35,874 nucleotides of DNA from a virus. Lineage: Duplodnaviria > Caudoviricetes. Below the pieces are notes generated by a model that saw only the letters and a program-made list of their open reading frames with translations, had not been told where the DNA came from and ran no database searches. The stretch lies in the IMG/VR virus record IMGVR_UViG_3300032223_003566, positions 1 to 35,874 of that record. One strand, given 5' to 3'. Below are positions 7,617 to 16,087 of the stretch, piece after piece. The number at the start of each line of letters is the position of its first letter. The first letter of the stretch is position 1. The translations under genes were made by a program, and so were the position numbers.

Positions 7617-7692
7617 TTGACAAAATTTTTTAGGTATGGTAAAAACCATACCTAAAGATAATTCCCAAGAAAAATTCTTGGGAATTATCTTT
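7617..7692 (+). repeat. hairpin module copy 9
   Basis: TTGACA-17 nt; TTTAGGTATGGT-AAAA-ACCATACCTAAA; AAAGATAATTCCCAAGAA/TTCTTGGGAATTATCTTT. Confidence 0.85.
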
Positions 7693-7698
7693 GTTAAA

Positions 7699-7977
7699 TT
7701 AGGAACAGTAGACTTCGCCTTCTTCGTCAAATCCACAATCAATGGCATATTCTGCATTATCACCAATAATATTATAGGTGACTGTTACTACAAGTTTGTT
7801 GAAAAACGCTTTTGTATATTTTTTTGTTAATCTTGAAATGATAGTATGGGCAAGTCCATTCAATCCTTCCCAAGTATAGTAACTCATATCCGTATAGTTA
7901 GGTGTTAATGATTTGTGTTCACCTTTAGCATTACGGGAGCTGATTTCTATCTTTTTGACTCTGTATCTTCTTTCCAT
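7699..7977 (-). CDS. hypothetical protein, leaderless
   Basis: TTGACA-16-TATAAT, ATG 6 nt after -10. Confidence 0.7.
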   Translation of the reverse strand: MERRYRVKKIEISSRNAKGEHKSLTPNYTDMSYYTWEGLNGLAHTIISRLTKKYTKAFFNKLVVTVTYNIIGDNAEYAIDCGFDEEGEVYCS

Positions 7978-8048
7978 GCTGTTATTATATCACTTGTTAT
8001 ATATATGTCAAATAAAAATATCCCTTGATTTTTCAAGGGATATAAAGT

Positions 8049-8216
8049 TTACACCAGGTCTTGTTGATATTCTTCGTATTCTCGCATTGCTTTCTCGTAT
8101 GCTTCATCTTCCAATTCTTCTTTTTCAACGTGCAGAAATCGTAAGTCTGCCATTGCTTGCGCTAATAAACTTTGAAAAACTGGGTCTTGCTCTGGGAAAT
8201 CATAGTATTCGTTCAT
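8049..8216 (-). CDS. acidic 55-aa protein, leaderless
   Basis: MNEYYDFPEQDPVF...EEYQQDLV; TTGACA-16-TATAAT 6 nt upstream; not in ORF track. Confidence 0.65.
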   Translation of the reverse strand: MNEYYDFPEQDPVFQSLLAQAMADLRFLHVEKEELEDEAYEKAMREYEEYQQDLV

Positions 8217-8269
8217 AGGTTAATTATATCACTTGTTATATACCTGTCAAGAAATTTTATAAATATATT

Positions 8270-8548
8270 ATGAACAATGCAGAACCAGAATTATACCCTG
8301 TTGATTTTGAAAATATGATATTTGATGTTTGGATATATGTTAACCCGCTTACTGGAAAACATGCTAAATCTTCAAAGACTGGAAAACTTGCTGTATTCCT
8401 AAATGAAGAAATAGGTAGGAGTTGGGAAACCGTATCATCAGCATTAAAGAATATGGTAGGGTACAAAGCTACGTGGGATGAAATGATAGAAATTTCTAAT
8501 AATCAGACAGGGGGAGAATATGAGTTATTTACTACTCATCATAACTAA
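8270..8548 (+). CDS. hypothetical protein
   Basis: 92-aa ORF. Confidence 0.65.
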   Translation: MNNAEPELYPVDFENMIFDVWIYVNPLTGKHAKSSKTGKLAVFLNEEIGRSWETVSSALKNMVGYKATWDEMIEISNNQTGGEYELFTTHHN

Positions 8549-8607
8549 CGTACTGTGTTTGTGTATGCTTATGTGGTTGTGTGTATTTAGTTATATGGTA
8601 TGGAAGA

Positions 8608-8967
8608 ATGGCAAAGATAATAAATAAGACTGACCACGTTATAGCCTTGATGGTAGATGGTTCTTGGGAGACTATTATGCCCCAGGGTTTATGTTGCAAG
8701 TTAGTAGGAGATAGGTCAGAACCAATAGTTAAAGATGGTATACAGTTTAACCCCATTAGTTTTGACCGTGTAGTAGAATTACCTGATAGACAACTAGATA
8801 CTATTATTATTGTAGAGAAAGAAGTAGCTTTGTTTGTTTGGAAGAGTCAATGCAGAGAAGATGTATGTTATTTAGACCATCCTATTGTTAGAGATGATAA
8901 GTACAATAGTCTTGCTGCTATGAGTCTAGTATGTATGAATGAAGCACTAATACGTTATTGTTTGTAA
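8608..8967 (+). CDS. viral hypothetical protein, INxTxH / LP..DT.IIV / VRD type (DUF1874-like)
   Basis: IINKTDH, ELPDRQLDTIIIV and IVRDD motifs. Confidence 0.55.
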   Translation: MAKIINKTDHVIALMVDGSWETIMPQGLCCKLVGDRSEPIVKDGIQFNPISFDRVVELPDRQLDTIIIVEKEVALFVWKSQCREDVCYLDHPIVRDDKYNSLAAMSLVCMNEALIRYCL

Positions 8968-9030
8968 GATCTATCTTTCTTATAGAATTGGCAGGGGGGT
9001 ACTATAATATTTAGGTACCATATGGATCCG

Positions 9031-9462
9031 CACCCCCTATCAAAAAAAAGGCCATATGCAAGAAAATCGTGGGGCATATTTTGGGGCAAGACAGGGGGTA
9101 TATAAGTTTTTCCGTTTTGCCCTAGAAATAACCATCCTTTTTGTTCCCGGTATATATATTAAATTTTTGTGAGAAAATTCTTGCCCAGTATTTTTTACGG
9201 AGTTTGGGTGGGGGTGGATAAATTTTCGAGTTTTGCCCAGGATTTAGGTATCTTTTTTGCCCTAGGATTATATATTAAATTTTCTCCCCTACATTTTGGC
9301 CCAGGATTGATAGGGGGGTGGTTAAATTTTTCTGTTTTCCCTTTTTTATAACCATCCTTTTTGCCCTATAATTAGTATAGAATTTTTGGGCCTCTTTTCT
9401 GATAAAGATTCTGACAAATGTATATAATCTTGGTTATTAGTTTTTGTCAGAGTTTTATCAGA
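9031..9462. repeat. degenerate ~105-116 bp tandem repeat with TTGCCC motifs and inverted repeats
   Basis: TTGCCC at 9117, 9181, 9233, 9257, 9361; repeated ATAACCATCCTTTTTG, TATATATTAAATTT, GGGGTGGWTAAATTTT; IR 9031-9043/9307-9320 and 9398-9418/9443-9462. Confidence 0.7.
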
Positions 9463-9514
9463 TTTTAGGGGAGACGTTTCAGGAATATTCTTTTGGTGTG
9501 AGTAAAAATATAGT

Positions 9515-10108
9515 ATGAGAATTAGTCCTATTGGTGTTGATAAGTTGAAAGATTATGATTGGTATTATAGCGAGGATCATAATCTTTGGTATTATTGTAA
9601 GAAGCGCAGGGGTGGTAGTTTAAATAGTGCAGAGCTTGACGATACATTAGACTCAAAGATTAAAAATATAGTAAAGTATTTGAATGATAAGGGTTATGAT
9701 ACGTTGCCAAGTTGTGAGGGTCATAATCGCACAAAGAATTTCATTGAAAAGGCTTGGAAAAATCTTTTGAGTGATAGGAAGAAAATTCGCACAATTGGTT
9801 TATGGTTAAATAATTGTGAGAATAGTAATAAATATTTTTTAATGGATCCTGATTGGGAGATTCCTTTTAGTTATAGTGAGTTTAGTGATATATGTAGTGG
9901 TAAGAAAGAAGTGGTGGGTTACATTGGTTTTTATTACAGTGATGAGAAAGTGTTTAGATCTATAGAGGGGTTGTTGGCAGGGAATTCTTATTTATCTGTG
10001 CTCTTTGATGGTAAGGTTGTAGAAATATTTAACAAGAGTAAAGATGATGTTATTCGGGGCAAAAATTGGAATTTGGTGGGAAAAGTTTTGAGGGATGTGA
10101 TTAAATAA
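9515..10108 (+). CDS. hypothetical phage protein with T..SC.GH motif
   Basis: LDSKIKNIVKYLNDKGYDTLPSCEGH; terminator 10106-10136. Confidence 0.75.
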   Translation: MRISPIGVDKLKDYDWYYSEDHNLWYYCKKRRGGSLNSAELDDTLDSKIKNIVKYLNDKGYDTLPSCEGHNRTKNFIEKAWKNLLSDRKKIRTIGLWLNNCENSNKYFLMDPDWEIPFSYSEFSDICSGKKEVVGYIGFYYSDEKVFRSIEGLLAGNSYLSVLFDGKVVEIFNKSKDDVIRGKNWNLVGKVLRDVIK

Positions 10109-10142
10109 AAAAGAGGAGCTTTGCTCCTCTTTTTTATTAAGA

Positions 10143-10628
10143 TCAAAAAGCATTCATTATTTGCTTTTTAATTTCTTCATATCTATTTTTTTGTTCTCTA
10201 TTCATCGTCATATTTTCTGCAACTAATTCATCTAAATCTCTGAACACATTTTTCATTTCTGAAAATGTTGGGTTATTATAATCTTTGGAATAATCTTCAC
10301 GAAGTTTGTCAGCAGGATGATTTCCGTGCATATCCATCATATTGCTAATTTCATCTAATCCATTTGTAAGATTACGGTTTGGATAATTTTCATCTTCGCC
10401 CCAGCCACAATCTTCGCAATGTTTATCATCACCAATCCATTCACCACAATCAGGACAATAACCCATATCTTCTGAGTTATATTCCATTTTGTCATTCATA
10501 TAATCTCTTTCATCATTTGCAATTCTGGACATAACTTTGGTAAGAACATCAGATTCGTTATGGAGTTTTGCGGTGTCGAGTTGGTTTGCAATCTTATTTA
10601 AGGATGCAACAATTTGTCTTTTATTCAT
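10143..10628 (-). CDS. tag-bearing protein with double Zn-ribbon
   Basis: N-term MNKRQIVASLNKIANQLD; CPDCG...CEDCG. Confidence 0.8.
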   Translation of the reverse strand: MNKRQIVASLNKIANQLDTAKLHNESDVLTKVMSRIANDERDYMNDKMEYNSEDMGYCPDCGEWIGDDKHCEDCGWGEDENYPNRNLTNGLDEISNMMDMHGNHPADKLREDYSKDYNNPTFSEMKNVFRDLDELVAENMTMNREQKNRYEEIKKQIMNAF

Positions 10629-10630
10629 TG

Positions 10631-11065
10631 TTATTCATTATCCTTCATATTTTTATAACTATTGAAAAGATTTCCAAGTTCATGCATTTCTTCTCCAGCA
10701 ATCAAAATTCCATATCTCTTTAAACTTTTATTCAATTCTTTGATTGCTTCTTGCATGCCATGTTTCATGAATACATCAAGAATTGAAAGAACAAAAGATT
10801 GTAATTCTCCACCACTAAAGTCTTTTCTAGCATTTTCATCATCTTTCAGTAAAGACACAATCATTTTAGAAATTGATCTTACAATATTTCTAGCTTTGTT
10901 ATCATCTTTTTCTCTTTTAATTTCAATATCGCTTTCAAAGTCACTAGGTGCTTGAGCAATTTTGTTCATCACTTCTGTTAAAGAGTTTGCTTCTTGATAG
11001 AGGCCAGTATTGTCGAGTTCATTCGCAATTTTGTTTAATGATGCAATAATTTGTCTTTTATTCAT
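10631..11065 (-). CDS. tag-bearing hypothetical protein
   Basis: N-term MNKRQIIASLNKIANELDNTGLYQEANSLTEVMNKIAQ. Confidence 0.8.
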   Translation of the reverse strand: MNKRQIIASLNKIANELDNTGLYQEANSLTEVMNKIAQAPSDFESDIEIKREKDDNKARNIVRSISKMIVSLLKDDENARKDFSGGELQSFVLSILDVFMKHGMQEAIKELNKSLKRYGILIAGEEMHELGNLFNSYKNMKDNE

Positions 11066-11154
11066 ATTATTTCCTTTTTCAGGTTGATATGATATTTTTA
11101 CAACTGCTTGTATTTTTTTCCTTTATATTTAAAATTATGTATTATTTAAGAGCA

Positions 11155-11370
11155 ATGAAAAATTTAATAAATTTCAGAGATTATATTTTAGATAATCTGG
11201 GAAAAGAAATAAGTTTTGGAGATATGGAGTTTTATTATATTTTGGGAGCAGATAATTACCTAAAGATTTATGAAGTGGATTTGGACGAGTTTGGTTTTCC
11301 TGCGCCAATATGGAAGGGTTGTTTCGGTACAAATATAAGTGTATTAATAAATGAATGGAAAACTAAATGA
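11155..11370 (+). CDS. hypothetical protein
   Basis: Likely start MKNLINF; ATGA overlap with next gene. Confidence 0.55.
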   Translation: MKNLINFRDYILDNLGKEISFGDMEFYYILGADNYLKIYEVDLDEFGFPAPIWKGCFGTNISVLINEWKTK

Positions 11371-11609
11371 GATTAATCTTTGCTGTTCAGTTATATTTTT
11401 ATTTCGTTTGGGCTTTAGGTAGTGAAAATATTACTGAATGGTTTTTATATGCCTTATTGATGTGGATTTCAGCATATTATTTGCATCAATTTAACTGGGA
11501 AAATAGAAAGAGCTATAGAACGGCTATAGCTCTTTACAGTGTGATAATTTATAGTTTTATATTTTGTTGTAGATTAATTTCATTCGTCGGGGATAATATC
11601 ACCCTGTAA
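11367..11609 (+). CDS. small membrane protein
   Basis: Hydrophobic aromatic segments. Confidence 0.55.
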   Translation: MRLIFAVQLYFYFVWALGSENITEWFLYALLMWISAYYLHQFNWENRKSYRTAIALYSVIIYSFIFCCRLISFVGDNITL

Positions 11610-12038
11610 ATTTTGTATTTTCTTTTGTTGTTCTCTTTGAACATCGTGTGCATCTGCTATTGATATTTGAAATTTGTCTATGAATTCTATTGTTTTCATA
11701 ATAGAAGATTTCACTTCTTCTAAATTTTGATAATTATTATTACCAGATCTTGTTGGTAAGTCTTCTGGTGATGTTGGCTCTATATTATTGAGTTCTTGCA
11801 TCAATTGGTTATAATCAAATGGGCGAGAAGAAACATCACCATCATTTTCTAAAATATTTGTTTGTTTGAGTAATCTTGTTAGTTCTCTTTCGTCAAAATA
11901 ATTATATAAAGCCCTAATACCATCTTCTAAATCTTGTTTATATTGTATGGCCATAAGTAAAATAGAAGCTATCTTATCTGCAGCTTTATATTGACCATTT
12001 TTATCTAATTTTTGGGCTATTCTTACAAGTTTATTCAT
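11580..12038 (-). CDS. tag-bearing hypothetical protein
   Basis: MNKLVRIAQKLDKNGQYKAADKIASIL. Confidence 0.8.
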   Translation of the reverse strand: MNKLVRIAQKLDKNGQYKAADKIASILLMAIQYKQDLEDGIRALYNYFDERELTRLLKQTNILENDGDVSSRPFDYNQLMQELNNIEPTSPEDLPTRSGNNNYQNLEEVKSSIMKTIEFIDKFQISIADAHDVQREQQKKIQNLQGDIIPDE

Positions 12039-12375
12039 ATCTTCTTGGTTTTAGTTGAATCTCGATAATTTCTTCAGGAAAACCTTTTTCAATTTCTTCT
12101 AAAATTTCTGTGAAAGTTTTGTCTTCTATATTATTTTTTTGTTTATAAAGGCCAGCTTTACTCAATTGGACCTCTAATGGATCGCTAGGGTTGCCTTTTC
12201 TCACTTTGTCAAATAAATCTTCAAAATTTTTAGCATCAATTGTTTTGTGATGTTTTGAGAGGCCATCTTGTAATGATTTGTACAGTTCGCCTTTTCTCAC
12301 TTCTTCCAATTGTACTTCTTGTTGTTCCAATCTTTCTTTTTGTTGGAGAAGTGCTGTTTTTATGAATTTTCCCAT
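12031..12375 (-). CDS. hypothetical charged protein
   Basis: TAATG-coupled in operon. Confidence 0.75.
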   Translation of the reverse strand: MGKFIKTALLQQKERLEQQEVQLEEVRKGELYKSLQDGLSKHHKTIDAKNFEDLFDKVRKGNPSDPLEVQLSKAGLYKQKNNIEDKTFTEILEEIEKGFPEEIIEIQLKPRRYE

Positions 12376-12767
12376 TAATATTTTTCCTCTCTAGATGCTT
12401 CAAAATCCATCATTTCTTGGTCATCTCTTGTCCAAGGTTTACCTGTTGGACCCACTCTTCTTGGTCTAGTTGCTGGAACTTCTGCATTTGGATCTATTTT
12501 TTTTGCATAATTGATTGCATGTTGTAAATTATTGAAATATTGAAACTCGCCATTTATTCTATAACCGAGTCTTCTTTCAAAATTACCATTGGCACGAGTG
12601 ATAATTACCACTGGCTTTCCATCAGATTGAACTTCTACTGTAGCTCTATCACCTCTGCCAGCAATTTTTTTCATTACAATAGTTAAATCATTAGCTTCTT
12701 TGAACATTCCCAAAGTTTCTAATTCACCACAAATTTCGTTAATGGATGCTAAAACTTGTTTTTTCAT
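12375..12767 (-). CDS. tag-bearing hypothetical protein
   Basis: MKKQVLASINEICGELETLGMFKEANDLTIVMKKIA. Confidence 0.8.
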   Translation of the reverse strand: MKKQVLASINEICGELETLGMFKEANDLTIVMKKIAGRGDRATVEVQSDGKPVVIITRANGNFERRLGYRINGEFQYFNNLQHAINYAKKIDPNAEVPATRPRRVGPTGKPWTRDDQEMMDFEASREEKY

Positions 12768-13822
12768 TATTTTGAGCCCCTTATTTTGCTATAAAGTAAT
12801 TGAATGGCATCTTTTCTATAGCCTTTAATTCTTGAATTGAGTTTTGCTACATATGGACTTTCAGCCATAGTTACAATCCAATTTAAGATGCCAGTTTGAT
12901 TTTTTCTATTATAATAAGCTGTCGGATTTGTTCTCACATCTTTTGCTAACTCTGTTGAATAAGAATTATTAGTTCCAACACTCATACACCAGAAAAGAAG
13001 ATCATTTGGAGAATTGATATTTTTAATTTCAGCGCCTCTACCTTTGATAACTTCGTCTACTGGTTGCGGAGTTGGTCCTGGTGTAGGTCCTGGTGTTGGC
13101 TCAGGTGTTGGTCCTGGTGGTTCTGGAGTAGGGATTACATCATCTTTCTTTACAGGAGGTTGTGTATCTCTATTTTCAGATTCGCCTTCAGAAAATGCTA
13201 AATCTGCTTCTTCTGGGCTTTTTCTTCCAGGTGATTGAATACCTAATTGCTCGCCTGCTCTACCTAAAACGCCTGTAATAGGTTTAGTAATATTATCTCT
13301 TATTGGATTTCCTAAAGCATCTCTAATTTTGTGAGAAAAAGGTTGAACGACATCTTTTCTCAATCTTTCTTCAAGATTGGTAATTCTTGGTAATTTTGCA
13401 TTAGGTAATTTTAGACCCAAAGCTTTATCTAATCTCCAAGGTGATTTTTGTCTTCTTTCGAGCATATTACCTTTACTATCAACAGGATAAAAATCTCTCA
13501 TATTTGATTTGTCATACCATACGAAATTCTTGGTTCCTGAATCATAACCCAAAGTGTATGTTTTGCCCTTTATTGTTAATGGATTTTTTCCTAACAATAC
13601 TGACGGAACAACTATTTCTTCGCCACTAGGTAAAGTAAAAGTAGTGTCTCCTTGCGCATTTGATTGTGTTGATTGCAAATTAGCTACATCTACTACATTT
13701 ACTACATTTGCAGCAATTTTTACCATCACTTGTGTCAAGCTGTCGGCTTGAGCATATAAGCCATTGTTGTCTAATTCGTTGGCAATTGCTTGGATTTTAG
13801 CAAGGGTTATTCTTTTATTCAT
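12767..13822 (-). CDS. tag-bearing protein with PTP(E/G) repeat linker
   Basis: MNKRITLAKIQAIANELDNNGLYAQADSLTQVMVKIA; PTPEPPGPTPEPTPGPTPGPTPQP; AGGA RBS before ATG 13822. Confidence 0.8.
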   Translation of the reverse strand: MNKRITLAKIQAIANELDNNGLYAQADSLTQVMVKIAANVVNVVDVANLQSTQSNAQGDTTFTLPSGEEIVVPSVLLGKNPLTIKGKTYTLGYDSGTKNFVWYDKSNMRDFYPVDSKGNMLERRQKSPWRLDKALGLKLPNAKLPRITNLEERLRKDVVQPFSHKIRDALGNPIRDNITKPITGVLGRAGEQLGIQSPGRKSPEEADLAFSEGESENRDTQPPVKKDDVIPTPEPPGPTPEPTPGPTPGPTPQPVDEVIKGRGAEIKNINSPNDLLFWCMSVGTNNSYSTELAKDVRTNPTAYYNRKNQTGILNWIVTMAESPYVAKLNSRIKGYRKDAIQLLYSKIRGSK

Positions 13823-13897
13823 AATCAATCCTTAAGAGATATATAGATGTTTTCATTGTGCAGGAATTTATTTCCTTTTTAGTTTTATAAATAAATT

Positions 13898-14137
13898 ATG
13901 AACAGAACATTTGTTATTTTTAGTGTGGATGAAATTTCCCTTATTGATTTCTCGCAGGTTTTAGAAACTAGTGCTGATACATTACGTAAGAGTGTAGATG
14001 GCACTATGACTTTTGTGAAATGGGATGGGGCGGTTGTTCCAGCTTGTGTCGAATCGCTCACTACCAAATCTGAATATCACACATATGAAGAAATGTTAGA
14101 CGTTCTTACTGGCTCAGATTGGACACAGCCGGTCTAA
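13898..14137 (+). CDS. hypothetical phage protein
   Basis: IDFSQVLETSADTLRKSVDGTMTFVKW, resembling small phage proteins. Confidence 0.7.
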   Translation: MNRTFVIFSVDEISLIDFSQVLETSADTLRKSVDGTMTFVKWDGAVVPACVESLTTKSEYHTYEEMLDVLTGSDWTQPV

Positions 14138-14302
14138 TTACTTTCCTCTACTTCCACTTCTTCTGATTTGAGGCTTTGGCGCATTTGTCGAAGCCTTTTC
14201 ATTTTTATTATCTATTGATGTTTTTGCACCATTATTATTTGCGCCTTTGAATTTGTTCAACAATGCTTCTTGTTCAGGAGATAATTTCTTTTTCATTTCC
14301 AT
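14138..14302 (-). CDS. small basic protein (54 aa)
   Basis: MEMKKKLSPEQEALLNKFKG...RRSGSRGK; AAGGA RBS. Confidence 0.55.
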   Translation of the reverse strand: MEMKKKLSPEQEALLNKFKGANNNGAKTSIDNKNEKASTNAPKPQIRRSGSRGK

Positions 14303-14781
14303 ATCCTTTTTATTTTGTCAATCTGTTTTTTTGTAATACCTATATAAGAATCTGTTTTTATATGATTTTTGGCTTCATTGCCCAAACTATCATCATCTAA
14401 TATTATATAGTCTTTCACGTTATTTTTATCTATAAATCTCTTTATCTGTGCCCATCTGTCTTTGTGTTCTTCTCCCTTTTCATCTGTCTTTGCTACTACT
14501 GCGCCTTTGAATCCATTATCTTTGAATATTTTATTTATTTTTTCTATTGGATATCTTGTGCGCCAATAGGAAGACAGCACTATTTTGGGATTATATTTTT
14601 TTATTATTACATTTAGAAGATCTATTTGTTTTTTACTAATTACAAAAGATATATCGTTTATTTTCTTTAGGAATTCTGTGCCTGTCATATTATAATCATC
14701 GAAGGAATTCATCACTCCATCTATATCCAGGAAAAGATACTTCTGTTCTTTTGCGCCTTTTATTGTAATTTTGTATTTCAT
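14293..14781 (-). CDS. HAD-family phosphatase (HAD_SAK_2-like)
   Basis: FLDIDGVMN, IVLSSYWR, YIILDDD motifs. Confidence 0.85.
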   Translation of the reverse strand: MKYKITIKGAKEQKYLFLDIDGVMNSFDDYNMTGTEFLKKINDISFVISKKQIDLLNVIIKKYNPKIVLSSYWRTRYPIEKINKIFKDNGFKGAVVAKTDEKGEEHKDRWAQIKRFIDKNNVKDYIILDDDSLGNEAKNHIKTDSYIGITKKQIDKIKRIWK

Positions 14782-14904
14782 ATTTTTATTATAGAGAGTT
14801 TAGGATATGCGCTCCTTTTTATTAAGAAACTATTTATTTCTCTTAATATATCTTTACTTATTTAGGGGAATAATATTAACAGATTTCTAAAAGGAAACTA
14901 AAAA

Positions 14905-15804
14905 ATGAAAAAAGCGTTTACTCTTATTGAACTCCTCGTTGTCATTGCAATCATCGCTATTTTGGCTGCAATTCTCTTCCCTGTTTTTGCCCAGGCTCGT
15001 GATAAGGCTCGTTCTGCATCCTGCTTATCTAATATGAAGCAGATTGGTACATCTACTATGATGTATGTCCAAGACTATGATGAGAACTATTATCCACACC
15101 GTTTTAACTGCCGTGATGCATCTAATGCATTTCAGGTATGTCCTCAATATGTAGGCGACCCAGCTGCTAGTGCTTATGATGCAAATTCTTCTATGCGTTA
15201 TTACTGGGTACACTTACTTCAACCATATGTAAAGAACTATACTTTATTCAAGTGTCCAAGCAATCCAACTGCTTTTGTACCAGGAGATAAAGCAAAGATC
15301 AATTTCAATGCACCAGGAGCATTGGGAACAAACTATGGTGGACAAAACTCATATGGACACAATGATGCTTGGATGAGTCCTGCTGGTCCATTTGCTGACG
15401 CTAGTGGCAATCCACAAAGTGTTGCAGCAGCTAGCGTTTCCAGACCTGCTGGAATTGTTCTTGTATCAGATGCATCTTACTATGGTGTAGTTCCAGATGT
15501 AATGAATGAATCAGGTTTACTTGATACTACTAAGTTTACATCTGATGATATTGCTGCTATCCAAACATATGTAAATTCTCAAGGTAGTCAATATAAGTAT
15601 TACTGGAAGAATATTGGAAACGCAAACTGGAGTGCATCTGGTGGCACTCTAGACGCTGCAACAGCATTAACTAAAATTGGTGCTAGACATACTGGTACTG
15701 TCAACTGTATTTTTGTAGATGGACATGCTAAGGCAATTCAATACAAGAAAGCAGTAGGAGATCTTTGTCTTTGGGCTACTGGAAGTTATCAAGGTTGCAA
15801 CTAA
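14905..15804 (+). CDS. prepilin-type N-terminal cleavage/methylation protein with H-X9-DG domain (DUF1559-like)
   Basis: [45 protein letters not shown]; C-term [12 protein letters not shown]. Confidence 0.92.
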   Translation: MKKAFTLIELLVVIAIIAILAAILFPVFAQARDKARSASCLSNMKQIGTSTMMYVQDYDENYYPHRFNCRDASNAFQVCPQYVGDPAASAYDANSSMRYYWVHLLQPYVKNYTLFKCPSNPTAFVPGDKAKINFNAPGALGTNYGGQNSYGHNDAWMSPAGPFADASGNPQSVAAASVSRPAGIVLVSDASYYGVVPDVMNESGLLDTTKFTSDDIAAIQTYVNSQGSQYKYYWKNIGNANWSASGGTLDAATALTKIGARHTGTVNCIFVDGHAKAIQYKKAVGDLCLWATGSYQGCN

Positions 15805-15817
15805 TTTTTAGCAAATT

Positions 15818-15852
15818 AGAAAAAAAGATCTACGAAAGTAGATCTTTTTTTT
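15818..15852 (+). terminator. intrinsic terminator
   Basis: AAAAAAAGATCTAC-GAAA-GTAGATCTTTTTTT. Confidence 0.85.
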
Positions 15853-16087
15853 GTTTCTGTTTGCTAAAAGATCTATCTTAATCTCTTATTCATATAATAA
15901 TTCAAATATTGTGGCAAAGAATTTTCTAGCACAAAACTTGGTCAGCAAAATTATAGAAAAGATTTATCTCACGGTTTAGAGCAGACCAACAAACACAAAA
16001 ACAGGGGCTTTGAAAAAGCAGCCCCTGTTTTTGTGTTTTGGGATGCGAAATAGGAAACTGTATACTAAATAATGGAATAAAAATGTT

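Noticed and set aside
842-7692. CRISPR array
   Set aside because: Repeats are separated by 0.5-1.2 kb of genes, vary in sequence and orientation, and no cas genes are present
842-7692. Canonical integron attC cassette array
   Set aside because: No RYYYAAC/GTTRRRY ends or bulged attC bases seen; genes have their own promoters and both orientations; no integrase in the window
7581-7830. ORFs 7581-7766(-) and 7636-7830(+)
   Set aside because: They run through the palindromic module and overlap a better-supported gene; likely shadow frames
9169-9351. 60-aa ORF in repeat block
   Set aside because: Low-complexity product of the repeats, no RBS
13060-13135. Nucleotide tandem repeat as a DNA element
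   Set aside because: Explained by the PTP(E/G) protein linker on the minus strand
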